Shown here piece after piece: positions 1 through 27,423 of a stretch of DNA of 64,000 bases. The notes beneath the pieces were generated by a model, which saw only the letters and a list, made by a program, of their open reading frames with translations, had not been told where the DNA came from and made no database searches. Position 1 is the first letter of the stretch, and the number at the start of each line of letters is the position of its first letter. The position numbers and the translations under genes are program-made. Source of the stretch: Vicugna vicugna (lineage: Eukaryota); contig MU058045.1 in the NCBI GenBank assembly GCA_013265495.1, positions 655,986 through 719,985 on the forward strand. Reading direction: 5' to 3'.

Positions 1-74
1 CCTGGGAGAAAGGAAATGTGAGAAAATCTAGATTATGAAAAGTGGGAGGTAGGTCTGGAATGGGTTCAGACTAG

Positions 75-12712
<12,638 letters not shown>

Positions 12713-13174
12713 GAGACCCTTTGCCTCTCTACAACTCTCTTCAAGAAGGGCCCTTTGTCCTCCAACCCTTGCACCATTCCCACCGCGCTTTGATGATTGT
12801 GCTGGTGAGAAGAGGCCTAGGTGGGAGGTGGTTAGCAGGGTCTTCCAAGTACCTTTTTCCCCCACTGCCAAACATACACAGCTTCCCAATAATAGTTGTG
12901 GGGAGAAAGGAGGTGGAGCCTCCCTAGTTTTCATTCCTGCAATATAAGCTCCATCTCCTGCAGAAGTTGGGGGTTAGCCTTGCCTGGCCTGTAGGGACTT
13001 TGGTGGGGAAAAGAGCTCTGAAGAGAGGAGGGGGACTTTAGAGAGGGGTGACAATGAGCCCTGGGAGGGTGGAAGGGAAGAGGAGGGGCAGCTGCATGTT
13101 TCCTTTCCCTACCTCCCCCCAAATGGAGGGTGGAGCAGTTGCAAGGGAGGGAGTCCATTGCTGTTCAGCCTCAG

Positions 13175-13180
13175 AATAAA
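13175..13180 (+). terminator. CHD3 proximal polyadenylation signal AATAAA
   Basis: Canonical hexamer in the 3' UTR. A second variant signal TATAAA (13725-13730) has an upstream TGTA and a downstream GT/T-rich tract. Confidence 0.65.
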
Positions 13181-14805
13181 GGCGCCGTTCACTGGCTCAG
13201 TTACCTCCTGTGTACCGGCATCTTGTGTTGGGAATCTTCCCTCCTCCCTAGGGACCAAGGACCACTCCTACAAGAGAGTAATATTTGGGTGATACTCCCT
13301 TAAGCCAAAGAGGAGCTCCCCAATCTGTCCTAGGGACTCAGGTAACCTAGAAAGGGTGGCAAAGAACACAATGGGCCAGACGTTGGGGGATCCCCCAGTT
13401 TTGGGGCTCAGGTTCTCAGAGGACTTGTACCCTCCCTCCTGAAGACCTGGATATGGACTAAACTTGAGTGGGTCAGGCAGGGGGGCCTAGTCAGGGGACT
13501 ACCTTGCCTTTGGGACCAGAGCAAAATAGTGGAGGGCAGGCTGGGGAGACACAGGCACATCCTCCTCCCCAGGAGGGGCTGGGGAGAGTGGCAGTTTGCA
13601 TGGCGAACCCCCCACTTCCTCTTTGCTCCCCTTCACTTTCTTGCTGCCCCTCTCCCCGTCTCTTCACACCCACTCCTGGGTCTGTCCCAGTCCCCTCTTC
13701 TGTATCAGGTTTATTGGTTGTACATATAAATTATACTTTCCTTTCTGTGTGCTCTGTTATTTTTGAGTGGGGGAGTTCTTTGGTTAGGGGGAGGGCTAAG
13801 GGAAGGAAGGGTGTTGCTTCCTGCCATTTCCTATTAGCCATTTCTCTCTCGCTCTCGTTTTAAATCTTGTGACTTTTCCTTTTTCTCGTTTTTATTTTTT
13901 GGGTCATCAACTAAAACTCTGAGGCTCTTTTTCCAACCCTAACCCCGGTGTGATGAGCTCAGCATAGAGATGGAGGATGAGCAGCAGGATACCTACACAG
14001 GCCTCAGGTGGAGGGCAGAGAGCGAGCAGGGCTTACTGCACAGAAGTATAGTGGGAGGGGTGCCTGACAAGGTTCAGAACTGCCTTGCATTCATCCTTTT
14101 GATCACCCCATCCACCTTCAAGTTGCTTAGTTCCCCCAAGAGTCAGTAGAGGTCACTACAGCTTCACAGGTTCAGTTCCAAGTTTGCAGAAGCACTGTTT
14201 TTTGTTTTGTTTTGTTTTTTAAGGAGTTGGGGGGTTAGGCTTGCATAGCTTGCCAAAGATTTGAACTGCTAGACACTACACCTTGACATGTATTGTTCAC
14301 TACTAGAGCTTCTCAGAGGTTTAGAGACCGGACACTTAATTTTTGAGGCTATTAAAAAATAAAAGGCAACTCCCACAAGCATTTATTGAGCATTTGCTGT
14401 TGTTGTCCTTGGGGATACAACAATCACAAGTGAATCATTGCTCTCATGGAGCTTAAATTCTACTGGGGGACACTGACAGAACACATACTATCACAAAATC
14501 AATGAAAAAGTTAAAACAAGGCATTATGTTACAGAAGGTGAGGGAGGAGGCTACACCAGGTTCAATGCTGAGAAAGGCCTCCCAAAGAGGGTATATGGTT
14601 ACAAAAATTGAGGTTTATTCTTCATTTCACATTTTTAACTTAGAGGAAAATGCAACACAGTAACTTATCCACACAAAGAGTTTAAATTTCTTCAGTAACG
14701 GAGTGTCACTTTAGAACCTTCAGTAAATCATATCTTTTATACCAAGTGTGTTTTTAAGTATTCCACCCACAGATAGTGACATCCTACATAGTCTCAGACC
14801 TGGAC

Positions 14806-14960
14806 CAATGCTTCTTAAGTTTTTATTTAAATAGATTACCTGGGATTCTTCTTAAAATGCAGAGTCTGATTCAGTCAGTCTGAAGTGGAATCCTGAGATT
14901 TTGCACTTCAAACAAGTTCCCAGTGATGATGATGCTATTGGTCCTTGACTATATACTGTT
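14806..14960. mobile_element. MER5-type hAT DNA transposon remnant
   Basis: Recognisable segments such as cttaaaatgcagagtctgattcagt and aacaagttcccagtgatgatgatgct; family from recall, boundaries approximate. Confidence 0.6.
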
Positions 14961-15029
14961 GTAAGATATTAACAGGATTTTAAGTAGAACCCATGCCTTA
15001 AAACAAGTGATGGTACACAAGTTTATCTT

Positions 15030-15295
15030 ACCTTTTTTTTTTAATACCTTTATTGTGGTATGGTTCCTGTACAGTAAACTACACATATTGCAAATACACA
15101 ATTTGATGAATTTTCATAGATGTATATACACCAGTGAAACTACTACCACAATCAAAATAGCTAGCATTTCCATCACTCCCCAAGAGGTGCAATTTTTGAA
15201 TTCCTAACTTACCCTTCCCACCCCCCTTTACTCCCTGGTAAGTTTGTTCTTTATGTCTGTGAGTCTGTTTCTGTTTTGTAGATAGGTTCATTTGG
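15030..15295 (-). mobile_element. LINE-1 3'-end fragments
   Basis: T-rich tail followed by typical L1 3' UTR text (aagtttgttctttatgtctgtgagtctgtttctgttttgtagataggttcattt). Confidence 0.6.
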
Positions 15296-16086
15296 GGACA
15301 CAAGTTTAAAACTGTGATGTGCATCTTTCTGCAGTAGTAACAGTGTTTTCTTATGACTGTAAAGATAACAGATACTGTCAGAAGTTTACAAATTGATGCC
15401 TCTGCCAAATGGCCTCTCCCTCCTATCCTTGATAGGCTCTAGTGAGGTGACTCAGATAAGTACCTTTTGGACCTTCTCATATTTGCCCTAGATTCTGAAA
15501 TGAAGTAAGGCTCCTAACCTCATAGGTAGGAATGTATCTCCATAATTTTAGGAATACAGCACTGAGAGTGGGGAGACGTCAGGCATGTCAGCAAGGGGTG
15601 GGGTGGAGTATGGTTTATTTTTCTAGTTCTCTTAGGTGTTAGAGAAATGAGATTAATGTTAACATGAAAATCAGCTGTTTCTCTCCTATTCCATCTTTTT
15701 TAAACTTTGAAATCATTGACACAGAATTGCTAAAATGGGACCTGTTGCTCCCACACACCAGAGCTGCCCTGGACAAAAGCCAAAGACCTAGCTAGGGAAA
15801 CAGTCTGTCCTCCTCCCACGGGAACATCGTAGACTTTGTATCTATCATTCCTGGGCCACTCCATCCTGAATATGCAATGCTGGCACAGTCAATAGATGGG
15901 GGCGATTCGTCTAGGAGCCTCCCCAGCTCAGTATCAACACCTCCCAGGGCGTTCCCTCCTGCCCTTGGCTCATCTCCCCCATCAGTGCCAATCCGGGATG
16001 TGAGAGGGGGTAGTCTCGGCACCAGCCCCCTGTACTACAGCACGCCCCGTGGATGCAGCTCCCACCTTCCTTCTGCCGCAGCTTCA

Positions 16087-17080
<994 letters not shown>

Positions 17081-20000
17081 CTCTTTAGCTCCGTGTGCAA
17101 AGTTGAGCCCTAGCCCGAGCCACTGGCATAGGGTTTCTCACTCTTTCATAACCGCACCCAGACATACTTCCTAAGTCCATTCTGCCCAATCTTTAGTGGG
17201 CTCCTGGGTGTCTGAGCAGATGCTGCTCTCAATTTTCTTTATTATAGGTGACATCCCTGTGTTCTTGTAAGACTGGCTTCTCAAATTTCATTCTCAAACT
17301 GCTTGATTCCCAGCTGATATCTCAGCTTAAGGAGGGACCTGAATTCCAGGACTACGGTGTTAGGAATGCTGGGAATCCTTTCCATCCTGAGTAGCCGGGC
17401 CTGGACACCCACACACCATTGTGGCTGCAGCAAAGCTGCCCAGCCTGAGTTATGACTCAGAGGTCTGACGTCCCCCACAGGTAAACAGGACATAGTACTC
17501 ACAGCCCACATTTCCTTGAGGTGTCACACCCACCCCCCAGCTGCCTCCTCACCCTCCTCTCCTGGACTTGGCGTCCACGTTGTGTTGTGGAGGTTCATCG
17601 CAGACTCTAGAGCCAGCTTACCAGTTGTGACATTGAGCAAGTTACTCAACTTCTCTGGGGCCTTGGTTTCCTCTTCTATAAAATGTGGATGATAATAGGA
17701 TTGAATCAGTTTATACATGTAAGGTGCTCAGAAAGATGCCTGGCATATGGTAAACCCACAGCCTGTATTGTGTTCACTGCATCTTCTCAGTACCCAACGT
17801 TTTCAACACCCATCTCTTCAGGTCAATACGAGATGGGCTTCTCCACACCCATGGTATGTATTTACTGGCTGTAACAGGCAACATAAAGCTGGTTCTGTTT
17901 TTCAACTAAACCGTTAAAACCTTTGAGGTTAATGTTTTGTGAGGAGGTAGATTATAATTTTAAATTACTTTACATCTTTTTTAGAACTTCTGAGTTGTAT
18001 AATCTTTATTGGGGAAGCTATCTGCTTATTCCAGTGATGCTGTCGTAATTCAGAACTTTTTTGGAACTTCTCTTTGAAATGGTGCTTAGAGATCTCACAT
18101 CCTTTCATATCTTCATTTGGTAATTAAATCTTAATCTTGCCAGATAGATTTGATTATATAAATGCTCCCAAAGTGTTTGACAGCCAAAGTCCTTCTAAGC
18201 TCCAGCCCTGGATATCCAGTCACCTGCTTGACTTCCTTTCTTCTTTATCAAGAACCCAAACTGATGATCTCGCTGTCCAAAGCAGCTTCTTTTCCAGTGT
18301 TTCCTACGTGGGCCATCAACCCACAGAATCATGGAGAAAAATAGTTTTAAAAAGTTGTTTCAAGCCACTAAATTTTGGAGGTAATCTGTTGTATATCAGT
18401 AGATAACTGATTTAGAGAGGGCTTCCTACTGTCCTGAGGATAAAGATAATATTCTAAAATGCCCTATAATGCCCAATATGTTCTGAAGCCACCCTTGTCT
18501 CACATTCCGCTTCCATCCCCTCCTTAGACACTGGCTTAGGAGACCTTTGGCTTGTGTGTTCCTTTCTGCCACCAAGCTTTCTTGTGTGCTGTTCCCCTAA
18601 CCCGCTTGCTTTTACCTTAGCAATACCCACTCATCCTTCAGCTCTCAACTCAGCCTCACCACGTCAAATACCCATTATAGACTCTGGTAACATCACGTGC
18701 TTTCCTCTGGACTTTGGACAACCACAGCCGAAGTTTGTATGTGTTTGGTGGGCTGTTTGTTTGCCTTTCTCATCTGTAAACTCCACGAAGGTTGTGCTGA
18801 GCCTGGTTTTGTTCACCACTGTGTTCCTGTCCTATACTATAGTAGGACTCAATAAATAAATACTTGTTAAATTAATGAACGAGGTAAGTGATAAATGGTA
18901 AATGAGGTGTGACAATAACGGAAGGTTTCTTACAAGGGGTTTCTAACTGCCTCTGAAGGTAATTCTAAGAGGACTTTTTGGCATGTTCTGAGCAATAGAG
19001 GAGGCATCATTAAAATAAGATCATCATCCTCCAAGGTAACTATTTAAGGAGAGTACTATTTCGAATTTAAAAGTGTATGTTTGTTACAGAATAACTAACC
19101 ATAGTTTAGTCATCCATTTCACCTCTTTGTTTCCTCTGCAGTCTTCCAAAATGAGTGGGAGATGGAAGGAGTGGATGTAAGTATTCATTAGTTGATCCGG
19201 TTGGTTGCTAATCCAGTAAATGGCAGGATGCTGACGTCTCTCTTTTGGAAATTGGTTTTACTCTGCTCTCCCAGCTTCAGGATCAAGGAAGGGTGAGGAA
19301 GGGGAAAGGGAGATGGTGAGGTTGTATTTTAAGGAAAGCAGAGCTCATCCTCCCCTGCCTTGTGATGTTTAAAGGTTGTAACTTCCCACCCACTTTCTGT
19401 CCCAGGGAAATCAGAGTTCTTGGGGGAAGAAGAAGGGTAATTCCGTTTGATTCTTCTTTTCTGCCACCCTCACACCTGATCACTCACTTATTTTCTTTTT
19501 TACTTATAATAACTCCTTTCCCTCTCTCTGTATCATTTCAACCATAGACTGGTTTTCATTTTACCACTCCTTCACCAAATCCCAAAGCTTCAACCTCTGA
19601 AGAGCCCCTCCCACTCAGCCCTAAGAAAACCACCCAGATAGTTTTCCTTGGCACATGTGTGGGTATCAGGCAAGAGGAAAACAAGCATGGCTACTATAGC
19701 TTTCAAAACAAAGTAAGGATAAGAGTGTCAGAGGGAGGAGCAACAAAGCTATGAAGCCAGGCCTCTGGGTTCTAAGGCACATGGTAACTGAAGGACAGAA
19801 GAAAACTGGCCTGAAGTATCTGGTGCCTGGGTTCTTCCTGAAAGCAGTGACCAGGAGCCCAATGGCTGGGTCACTAAGGTAAACGAGCAGTGGAGAGAAA
19901 GGTAGTGCTCGCCTTTCTAATGGCAGGGGGTTAGGGGGGCAGATATGTGATCCTGAGATCCTAGCCTCTCAACTCCCAGCAATTTCAGATGCCATGAGTG

Positions 20001-20934
20001 ATGATCAAGCTGAGATTTTATTTACAGTTCCCTGGGAAGTCTTACACAAGAGGGGCCATCATTATTGCTTTAAGATTATTGTCAGAGGAAGACTACAGCC
20101 CTCCACTGCCAGGTAGGAAGTCTTGCTCAAGGCTTAAAAGTTTATCCCCAGGCCTTTTAATGTCAACCCCATTTCTCTGTCGTGACCGAAAGGCTGTCAC
20201 TGTTTCCTGTGAAGCGTGGCCCAACTGCTTTCCAAGGGCGACCCGGGCCACTTTTGCCAGGATACGCTATACATGGGCCATCAAAGCTCCCTCATCAGTG
20301 CTATGTCATTGTATGCCCTACCCTACCCCTCTCAGCAAGAACAAAGTATCAACACTGGTTCTCGTTTTCAGCCCTCCTCCACCTGAAGCAGAGGCAGGCT
20401 CCTGGTTTCCCAAAGATTATCATTTACTTCATGCAGGATCAGCCCGGCTTCCTTTGTACTGAATAATGTAAGAGCCCCATTTCCTTTGGCCGTGATGACA
20501 TCACAGCTCATTTCTTATTAGGCTGTTATTACCCCTTGATGACATTTCAAGGGCCACTTCTGAGGTACTCTGCGTGTGTTTTTGTATCTGCCTTTTTTTC
20601 CCCTGGACCTTGGCGATTAGGGGAAGAGGAAAGGGAGCAAGACCAAGTGGCAGAGAGGGCACGGCCCAGTAGCTCATAACCAGGATTAGCAAGAAGACCT
20701 CGGAGAACGCAGCAGTGGGCGGCGGACTACTTTCCTTCTCAAGCCCCACTGCGGGAGGATATGGCTTTGTTCATGCTATCGCTACTTGAAGCCGGAACTC
20801 GTTAGTGGGCGGGGACGCCCCACCTCAGCCGCTAAATGGAGGGATCCGGAGCGGGAGGGTCTCGGGGCGGAGGCGGGGAAGTGTTTCACAGACTTGCAGC
20901 GGCTCTGTCTTTGGGTTCCTGCGCTCCCGACGAA

Positions 20935-23900
20935 CTATTTCTTGGGATGCGGTTTGCTGCCCAAGAGCCCATCTATCTCCATCACCGTCTGCGGGGTCAG
21001 CTGGCTCAGCACCTGGAGGAGAATGGGGTGGTGGAGAGGGCAGGACATGCAGGGTCCCTGAAGAAGGGCAGGAGGTTTGAGGACTCTGGGAGCAGCACAG
21101 CCAGGACAAGTGGCAGGGAAAAAGTTGCAGCGGTGCCCCTGCCTTGCCTTCTCGCCCTAGGACTTCTTATCTGCAAAGCGAGGACCTTGTAGTGGGTGAC
21201 CCTCACAGGCCGTTCTGGGTTGGACAGCAAGGCCTTTACCGCTGGGGAAGGGGAGAGAGATGGGCTCTGCCTGAGACCCCACTCACCTGTAGGGCGCCCA
21301 GATGTTCTATCAGCTGCTCTGCACTGGACACCCCCAGCAAGACTGAGCTGACACCCTCACTGCGGAGACACCACGCTGAGACAGAGGAGGAAAAGAGAGA
21401 GAGAGAGAACTGATGGGAAACAGCACATAGACTTCAAAAGTGTCTCTGAGGAAGAGGGTCCTCCCTGAGGACAAACCCATCTGTGGTTTGGCAGCATCTC
21501 AAGAGATGACAAGGCCCCTGCAGGGTCTAGGGCTGGCAGTGTCTTACCAATCGCAAGCTGCGCCACAGTGCAGCCCAGCTGGTGAGCGATGGGGAGAAGG
21601 TCCATGACTTTGGCTTGTTGCTTCTTGCCGTCGTCACTCTGCACTTTGTCTTTGAGCCACTGGTAGCCCTGGAGGCCAAGAAGAATTAGCAAAAGACCAC
21701 TCCTCAGATAGTCCGCTCCTGCCACCCTGACCCCCAGATCTCACCTTGATGGTGACCCTGCATGTATCTGGGACTCGCCCATCATACTTGCTAGTGATGA
21801 GGCCACAGGCCAGAGGGGACCAGGTGACTGAGCCAACACCTAAGAGGAAGAGGACTGAATGTGGGAAAGGGATCTAGGTGATGGTGAGGCCGAGGGAAAG
21901 GTAGGGATGAGGGGACTGCAAACCAATCTTGTGGTAGAGCTCTGGCAGCTGCATCTCCACTTTCTCTCTCTGAAACAGATGGTGCTCAGCTTGTTCACAC
22001 ACTGGAGGAATCAGATTGAACTGTCTGGCCATGGAGTAGGCCTCCTAGGTTGGGGTAAGGAAGAGTTGGGAGTCAGAGCACTCCTTCCATTTTCTCCCAT
22101 CCCCCTCCTCCAGTGGAGTGAGGTTTGGAGTGGCTGTGTGAAAAGTGGGAAGAGGTTGTGGGATAGGGGGAAGTGGGTGGAACACTCACCATGATTTCTG
22201 CAGCCCCCCATCGAGACGTCCCCCAGTATAGGGCCAGGCCCTGGTTGATGACGTAGGTCATGGCTCGCACAATCTCTAGGCACATAGGAGAGGAAAAGCC
22301 TCACTGTCAGACCCCTGGCATCCGGGTTCCAGATCTGCAGACCTCTGCCTGCTCCACCAAGACCCCACTCATCCCTGTGGAGTTGGAGAGGTTGGTATCT
22401 GCTTTTCACTTCCCTCCCTGTCCAAGTCCTGGGGTCTGAGCCTCCACTGTGGAGCTTGGGAGGCCTCCTGAGCAAGGGCTGGCTTCATGCTGAGGGTTTG
22501 AGAAGTGCTTAGTTTTGAAGGGCTGTCAGGGTTGGGGTGATTTTACCCTCCATAGGACTGTTGGGGTCTGAGCGATTGGCAAAAACAATGTCCACATATC
22601 CCAACTGGAGGCGTTCCAAGGATCCTCGCAAGCCTGGGGTAAGGATGGGGAGAGGAAGGTAAGTGCTAACGCTTCAGTTTTCTAAAGATTCAGACCTTAC
22701 CTCTTTGCCATGGCCACCTAAATCCAAGCTTTCCTATTCAAAGTCTTAGACTCAGAGCTTCAGAGAATGTTCCCAATGCCTCTGGCTTCCATCCCCAGCC
22801 TCCTCAGGTTCCCAGCCCCTAATTCTCACCCTCGATGATGTGTTTGCGGCTCAAGCCTCGCTCAGTTTCTGCCCTGTAGGAAAAGGTAAGTCAAAGATGA
22901 GGTGTGTCAAAGATAAGGGACCGAGGCTGGCCTGGAACCATGAGGAACTGGGACTGCAAGGGTTCTCACAGGCAAAATACAGACAGGGGTAGCAGGTACA
23001 GGGACTGCTGTCCCCACCCCCATCCCTTGCACCTTCACACAGTCTCTGTAGATCTCCCCAATTACAGTGAGGCAGCCACTTACTGTCCTCCCCAAAAAAT
23101 CTTGGTGGTGATGACATAGCTTGATCTCCTGGAAAAAAACAGAAATGGGAGAACCAAGAAGAAAAGGATTTTTGAATGATCATGTCTCCAGCAAGCCCCG
23201 CCTCCCCCAAACATGCCTTACCTCCAACCTTTGCTCTTGAGGATGTTGCCTAGGGTTCTTTCAGCCCTGGAAGGAAGACAGTGCAGAAGAATTGACCCCT
23301 CCAAGGTGGATCAGTTTCTTCTCCTCCTTTCCACCTTTCCTTTCAACTAACTTCCTCTCTTGTAATATGGAGCATAAATCCTCATCCTAGACCGTAAGAG
23401 GGGTTCCCGGAACTAGGATATAGTCGTATTGTTTTCATTCATTCATTCAACAAATATCAGTTGTGCATCAACTGTATTCCAAGCTCTGTTCTGGGTGCTG
23501 AAGGGACTGGATAGGATGAGAGGAGAGAGGGACCAGCTATGGCAGAGCCAGGGAGGACACTGCTTCATCCAGTTCCAATCATCTGCTTTGCCCTCCCCCT
23601 TATAGCCTCTGCAAAATCCCACCCATCCTCCAGAGTTTAGCTTGGACTAGGCCTAATTTTATGGAAAATGTTCTCTGATTGCTATAAGCTATGTTCAGTC
23701 CTTGTCAGCTTCCATAGGTCTTACTGGCTACACAATTCTTTGGCACTTAATTATGAGTTAATTTGTGACAAGTCTTAAATCATGGTGGGCTGTTACTGAA
23801 GTGTTTCATTGTTATTTAATCTTTCATATCTCCTTGTCTTTTGATTTGTTTAACCACTTAGACTGTGAACTTTTTAAGGGCTTACTGATGGCATCCCATC

Positions 23901-26572
23901 AGTGCCTGTTCTGTGCTAGGCTCTGTGCAAGTACTTAGGTGACATGGGGAAGAGCAAGACAAGGCCTGTGGAAGGAGGAGCCTCCCAGTTGAGCAGCGAA
24001 TGTGGTTTGTAAACCAATAATTGATGAACTATGTGCCAGAGGGCATATAAAGTGCTTTGGGAGCTGAGGGGGTTGGTGACCAACAGTGGGGAGTTGGGCA
24101 AAGACTTCTCAGAAGAGCTGACATCTGAGCCAAGTCTTAAAGAGAAGCAGAAGAGTTTGCCAGAAGGGGAGGAGGCAGGGGTAGGTTATCCTAGGTTTTG
24201 GCTATTCCCAGTGTGAAACCATGTGTGATGTGGTTCAGTGTGTTTGTCATTTAGGTTTGTCATCCTCACATAGTTGCACATAACTGATGTCCAGGAAATA
24301 TTTATTGGTTTTATTTTATTTTGACCACACAGTATGCCCCATTGCTCTCAAAGATGGAGAGAGGCTGATGTTGGGACTACAACTCCCACTGGCCGAAAAG
24401 TTGGAACTTAGTGAGGCAGAGTTCCTGGGGTTCTTTAGGGGGAAAACCAAGAAGCCCTGATGTTCTCTCGGCCTTCCTAATGTAACTTAGCTCTTTGACC
24501 CTGGTCCTTACTTTCCCGCTGCGTACACTTCGGCGGTGTCAAACAGGTTTACACCATGCTCATAGGCTACTGTCAGCACATCCTCTGCTGTCTAGGATGG
24601 TAAGAGAAAGAGTTGAAGATCAACCACTGGCCTCTCAGTTACCTTCCTCACTGCACCCTAGCCCATCACATGCCAACCTTGGTTTCCATGTTCACTCCCC
24701 TTTCCCCATCCTCCACCCTCAGGTCCACCATTCTCCATGCTTGTTGTCCAAACCCCTATCCAAGTCCGTTTCCCCCCTTTTTGGTTCCCTCACACCCCCT
24801 CACCCTGTCTAGGCCCCATCACTTATACCTCATCTGAGATCTGAGAACCAAATGTGACCCAGGTACCTGGAAGAGAGAAGCCAGGCAAGTGAGACCTGTG
24901 GGGGCCAGCCATGAAAGAACACCCCTTCCTTTCATTCCTCCTCTTTCTGACTCACCTAGGCCAAGACAGGATACCCGAAGACCAGACTTTCCTAGGTTCC
25001 TGCAGGATATAGAAGCAGCAGGAAGGGGTGGAGACTCCATTAGGGACATAGATTATCAGCCTCCAGCTCCTCTCCTTCCAGACTGAGATGCCCTCAGGAT
25101 GTCTCAGGCCAAAGAAACTAGACTCAGTGGGCCCACTGAGTTGGGCAGTGCTATGGCCGTAGTGTAAGTGAACAAATGACTATTCGTCTGGAGCCACTGT
25201 CCAATGCCTCTTTTCCCTCCTATCACATTGAAGATGTGCTGCCTGCTTAGCGTTTCTTCTGGTAGGTCTTGTCTGTGTCTGAGTCATCTCTGGGATGTGT
25301 GGAGTCCAGATGGGGGGGTGGGGGTGGCTGGAAGGGATGTAACTGGATGATCGTGATGTTTGTGAAAGCAGGTCCTCAGAGTGCTGTGCTAAAGGGCAGA
25401 CCCTGGGGTGGAAGGGGTAAACCAAGTCAAGTTCAGGCACTCAGGCAGGAAGGGTCTTTGGGTAGGCTAGGCAGATGGGCCTCCAGCAAAGGCAAATAGG
25501 ACACCTGGGGAGGGGCCTAGCAGGAAAGGTAAGTTCTCCCTGTTCCCCTCTGCAATCCCTCTGCTCCTGTTGGCTTGGGAAGTCTGTCTTCCAACCAGAA
25601 GCCCCCTCTTCCCAAGACCCACACCCAGGTAGTCGGCTCAGCTGCTGGATCAGGACCACCACACCAAGGGGATCAGATTCCTCAAGTGACAAAGCCAGGT
25701 CAAATCAGTGACCTCTGCTCACTCCCAAGTAGGAGTCCCTCCCCTGCCCCCTACTGCTAGTTCTGAGAGCCCTGCAGTTCTCCGAGATAGTCGGTTACAT
25801 TTCAGTCCACCTTCCCCACCTGGCCCCTGTCCCTCAGCATGGGGTTGAGAGATGTGGTCCATCCTTCTTAGGGCCCCACTGCCCTCCCAACTAAGAAAGG
25901 TTGCAGGAGACCTTGGGGCAGCTGGGGTCAGTATCTGGGTCAGGCACCCTGAGCAGGCCAGAGTGAGAAGCTGTTTCCTTCCCCTCTCTTCCCAGGACAC
26001 AGACCCAAGGACGCTCCAGAGGGGTGCGCAGCCTGGAGATCCATGCATCCCTGGCCTTCCTGGGGGTAAGGAGGGAAGCTTGGGAGCATTGCCTGGTCTG
26101 ACAGGACCCGGTCAACCTTGGCAAACTTGATTTTCTACTAGTCAGGGGTATCGATGGAGACCAAGAGAAGGAACACGGAAAGGAGTGATGGCAAGAAGAG
26201 ATAGAATGAGCCGGGACCTTCTTAGTGAAGTCTGAGGGGGTCCTGGCAGCATCCCAGGAAGCTTCAGGGGTCAGGAAAGGGGAGGGCTCAGGAGATGTGG
26301 CGGGCTGCCCGGCCACCGCCATACCTGTATTTCATGCCAGTGCCTCGGCCGGTGCTCTCTCGGAGGGCCCCAGCGGGTGCTGGGGGTCGGGGGACCACTG
26401 CGGCCCGAGCCTTGGGGCCCGACCCTCCTCCCCCTCCACCCGGAGGGTTCCCATGCCCCCCGCCGACTGGCCCGCCATTACCGCCCCCGGGGCCCGGCCG
26501 GGGTCCACACAGACGGTCCTCACTGCTTCGGCTGCGAAGGTTCTGCTCGGTACAAGCGATAGACACCTGCAT
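20935..26572 (-). CDS. KCNAB3: Voltage-gated potassium channel subunit beta-3 (Kv beta 3, aldo-keto reductase fold), 406 aa
   Basis: 14 exons: 26572-26325, 24999-24956, 24866-24829, 24591-24512, 23266-23222, 23128-23084, 22873-22830, 22633-22547, 22275-22190, 22044-21924, 21839-21745, 21668-21548, 21375-21287, 21012-20935; 1221 nt, in frame. [17 protein letters not shown]-terminus, [29 protein letters not shown]. PolyA AATAAA (minus) at 20022-20017. Confidence 0.97.
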
Positions 26573-27070
26573 GCCGGCTGGCCAGGGCCGGGGAGGGGGC
26601 TCCGAGGGGGCGGAAGGAGAGAACCGGGAAGCCCGAGGGGAGACACCCGCGGGTGTAGTGGTGCGAGCCCTGGGAGAGCGGGAAGGGTGAGGAGGCTGCG
26701 GCGGGAGCCGCCAGGCAGGATCGGGCCCGCGGGGGCGGGCTGCTGGAGGTCGCGGGGTTTGCGGCGGGAGAGGAGAAACGCGGGGGGGCGCCACGAGTGG
26801 AACGATTAGGATACGGGGGCACTGCCGCGGGGAGCAGAGGGAGAAACGGATGAGGGTAAAGGTCGAGGGCGATCCTCTGTGGGTAGGAACCTCGGGTGGG
26901 GGGGTGAGCAAGGAAGAGAGAGGCCACCTTAGCCCGAACCGCAGCGGGACCTGCTAGGCTCCCAGTCGCGTCGGCAGCGGGCCCAGCTAATCAACATGCA
27001 GGCACCGCCCCCTTATCTGCATAAGGCCGCCTCCTCCCTGCCAAAACCTGCCGCTTATCTGCATAAGCTC
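26290..27070 (-). promoter_or_regulatory. KCNAB3 CpG island and promoter
   Basis: CpG-dense region spanning exon 1 and upstream sequence; GC boxes; duplicated CTTATCTGCATAAG motif. Confidence 0.7.
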
Positions 27071-27188
27071 CACCTTCCGAAGCCCAGCAGCTTGATTGTT
27101 CAGTGGGCTCTGAGGAACTAGAGAGTAGAACCAGGACGGTGGTTCTCCACTTCTCTGGACCTCGAGGCAGGTCGGCCTTACTCCAGCC

Positions 27189-27423
27189 CAGTAGTTTTCA
27201 ATACGGGGGTGACTTTGTCCCCTAGGGGATATTTGGCAAGGTCTGGAGACATTTCTGACTATCACAACCTTGGGGAGAGGGTGGGTGTGTGTGTGTCTGT
27301 GTGTTATGTGCCGCCAGCATCTAGTGAGTGGCAGCTAGGGCAAAGCATATGGCAGCCCCCTACATATACACACAAGATATTACCCAGCCCCGAATGTTAA
27401 TAGTGCCTCCACTAAGAAACCCA
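27189..27423. mobile_element. MER20-like hAT DNA transposon
   Basis: cagtagttttcaa...gggtgactttgtccc...ggggatatttggcaaggtctggagacattt...aatgttaatagtgcc...aagaaaccc matches the MER20 consensus as recalled. Confidence 0.7.
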
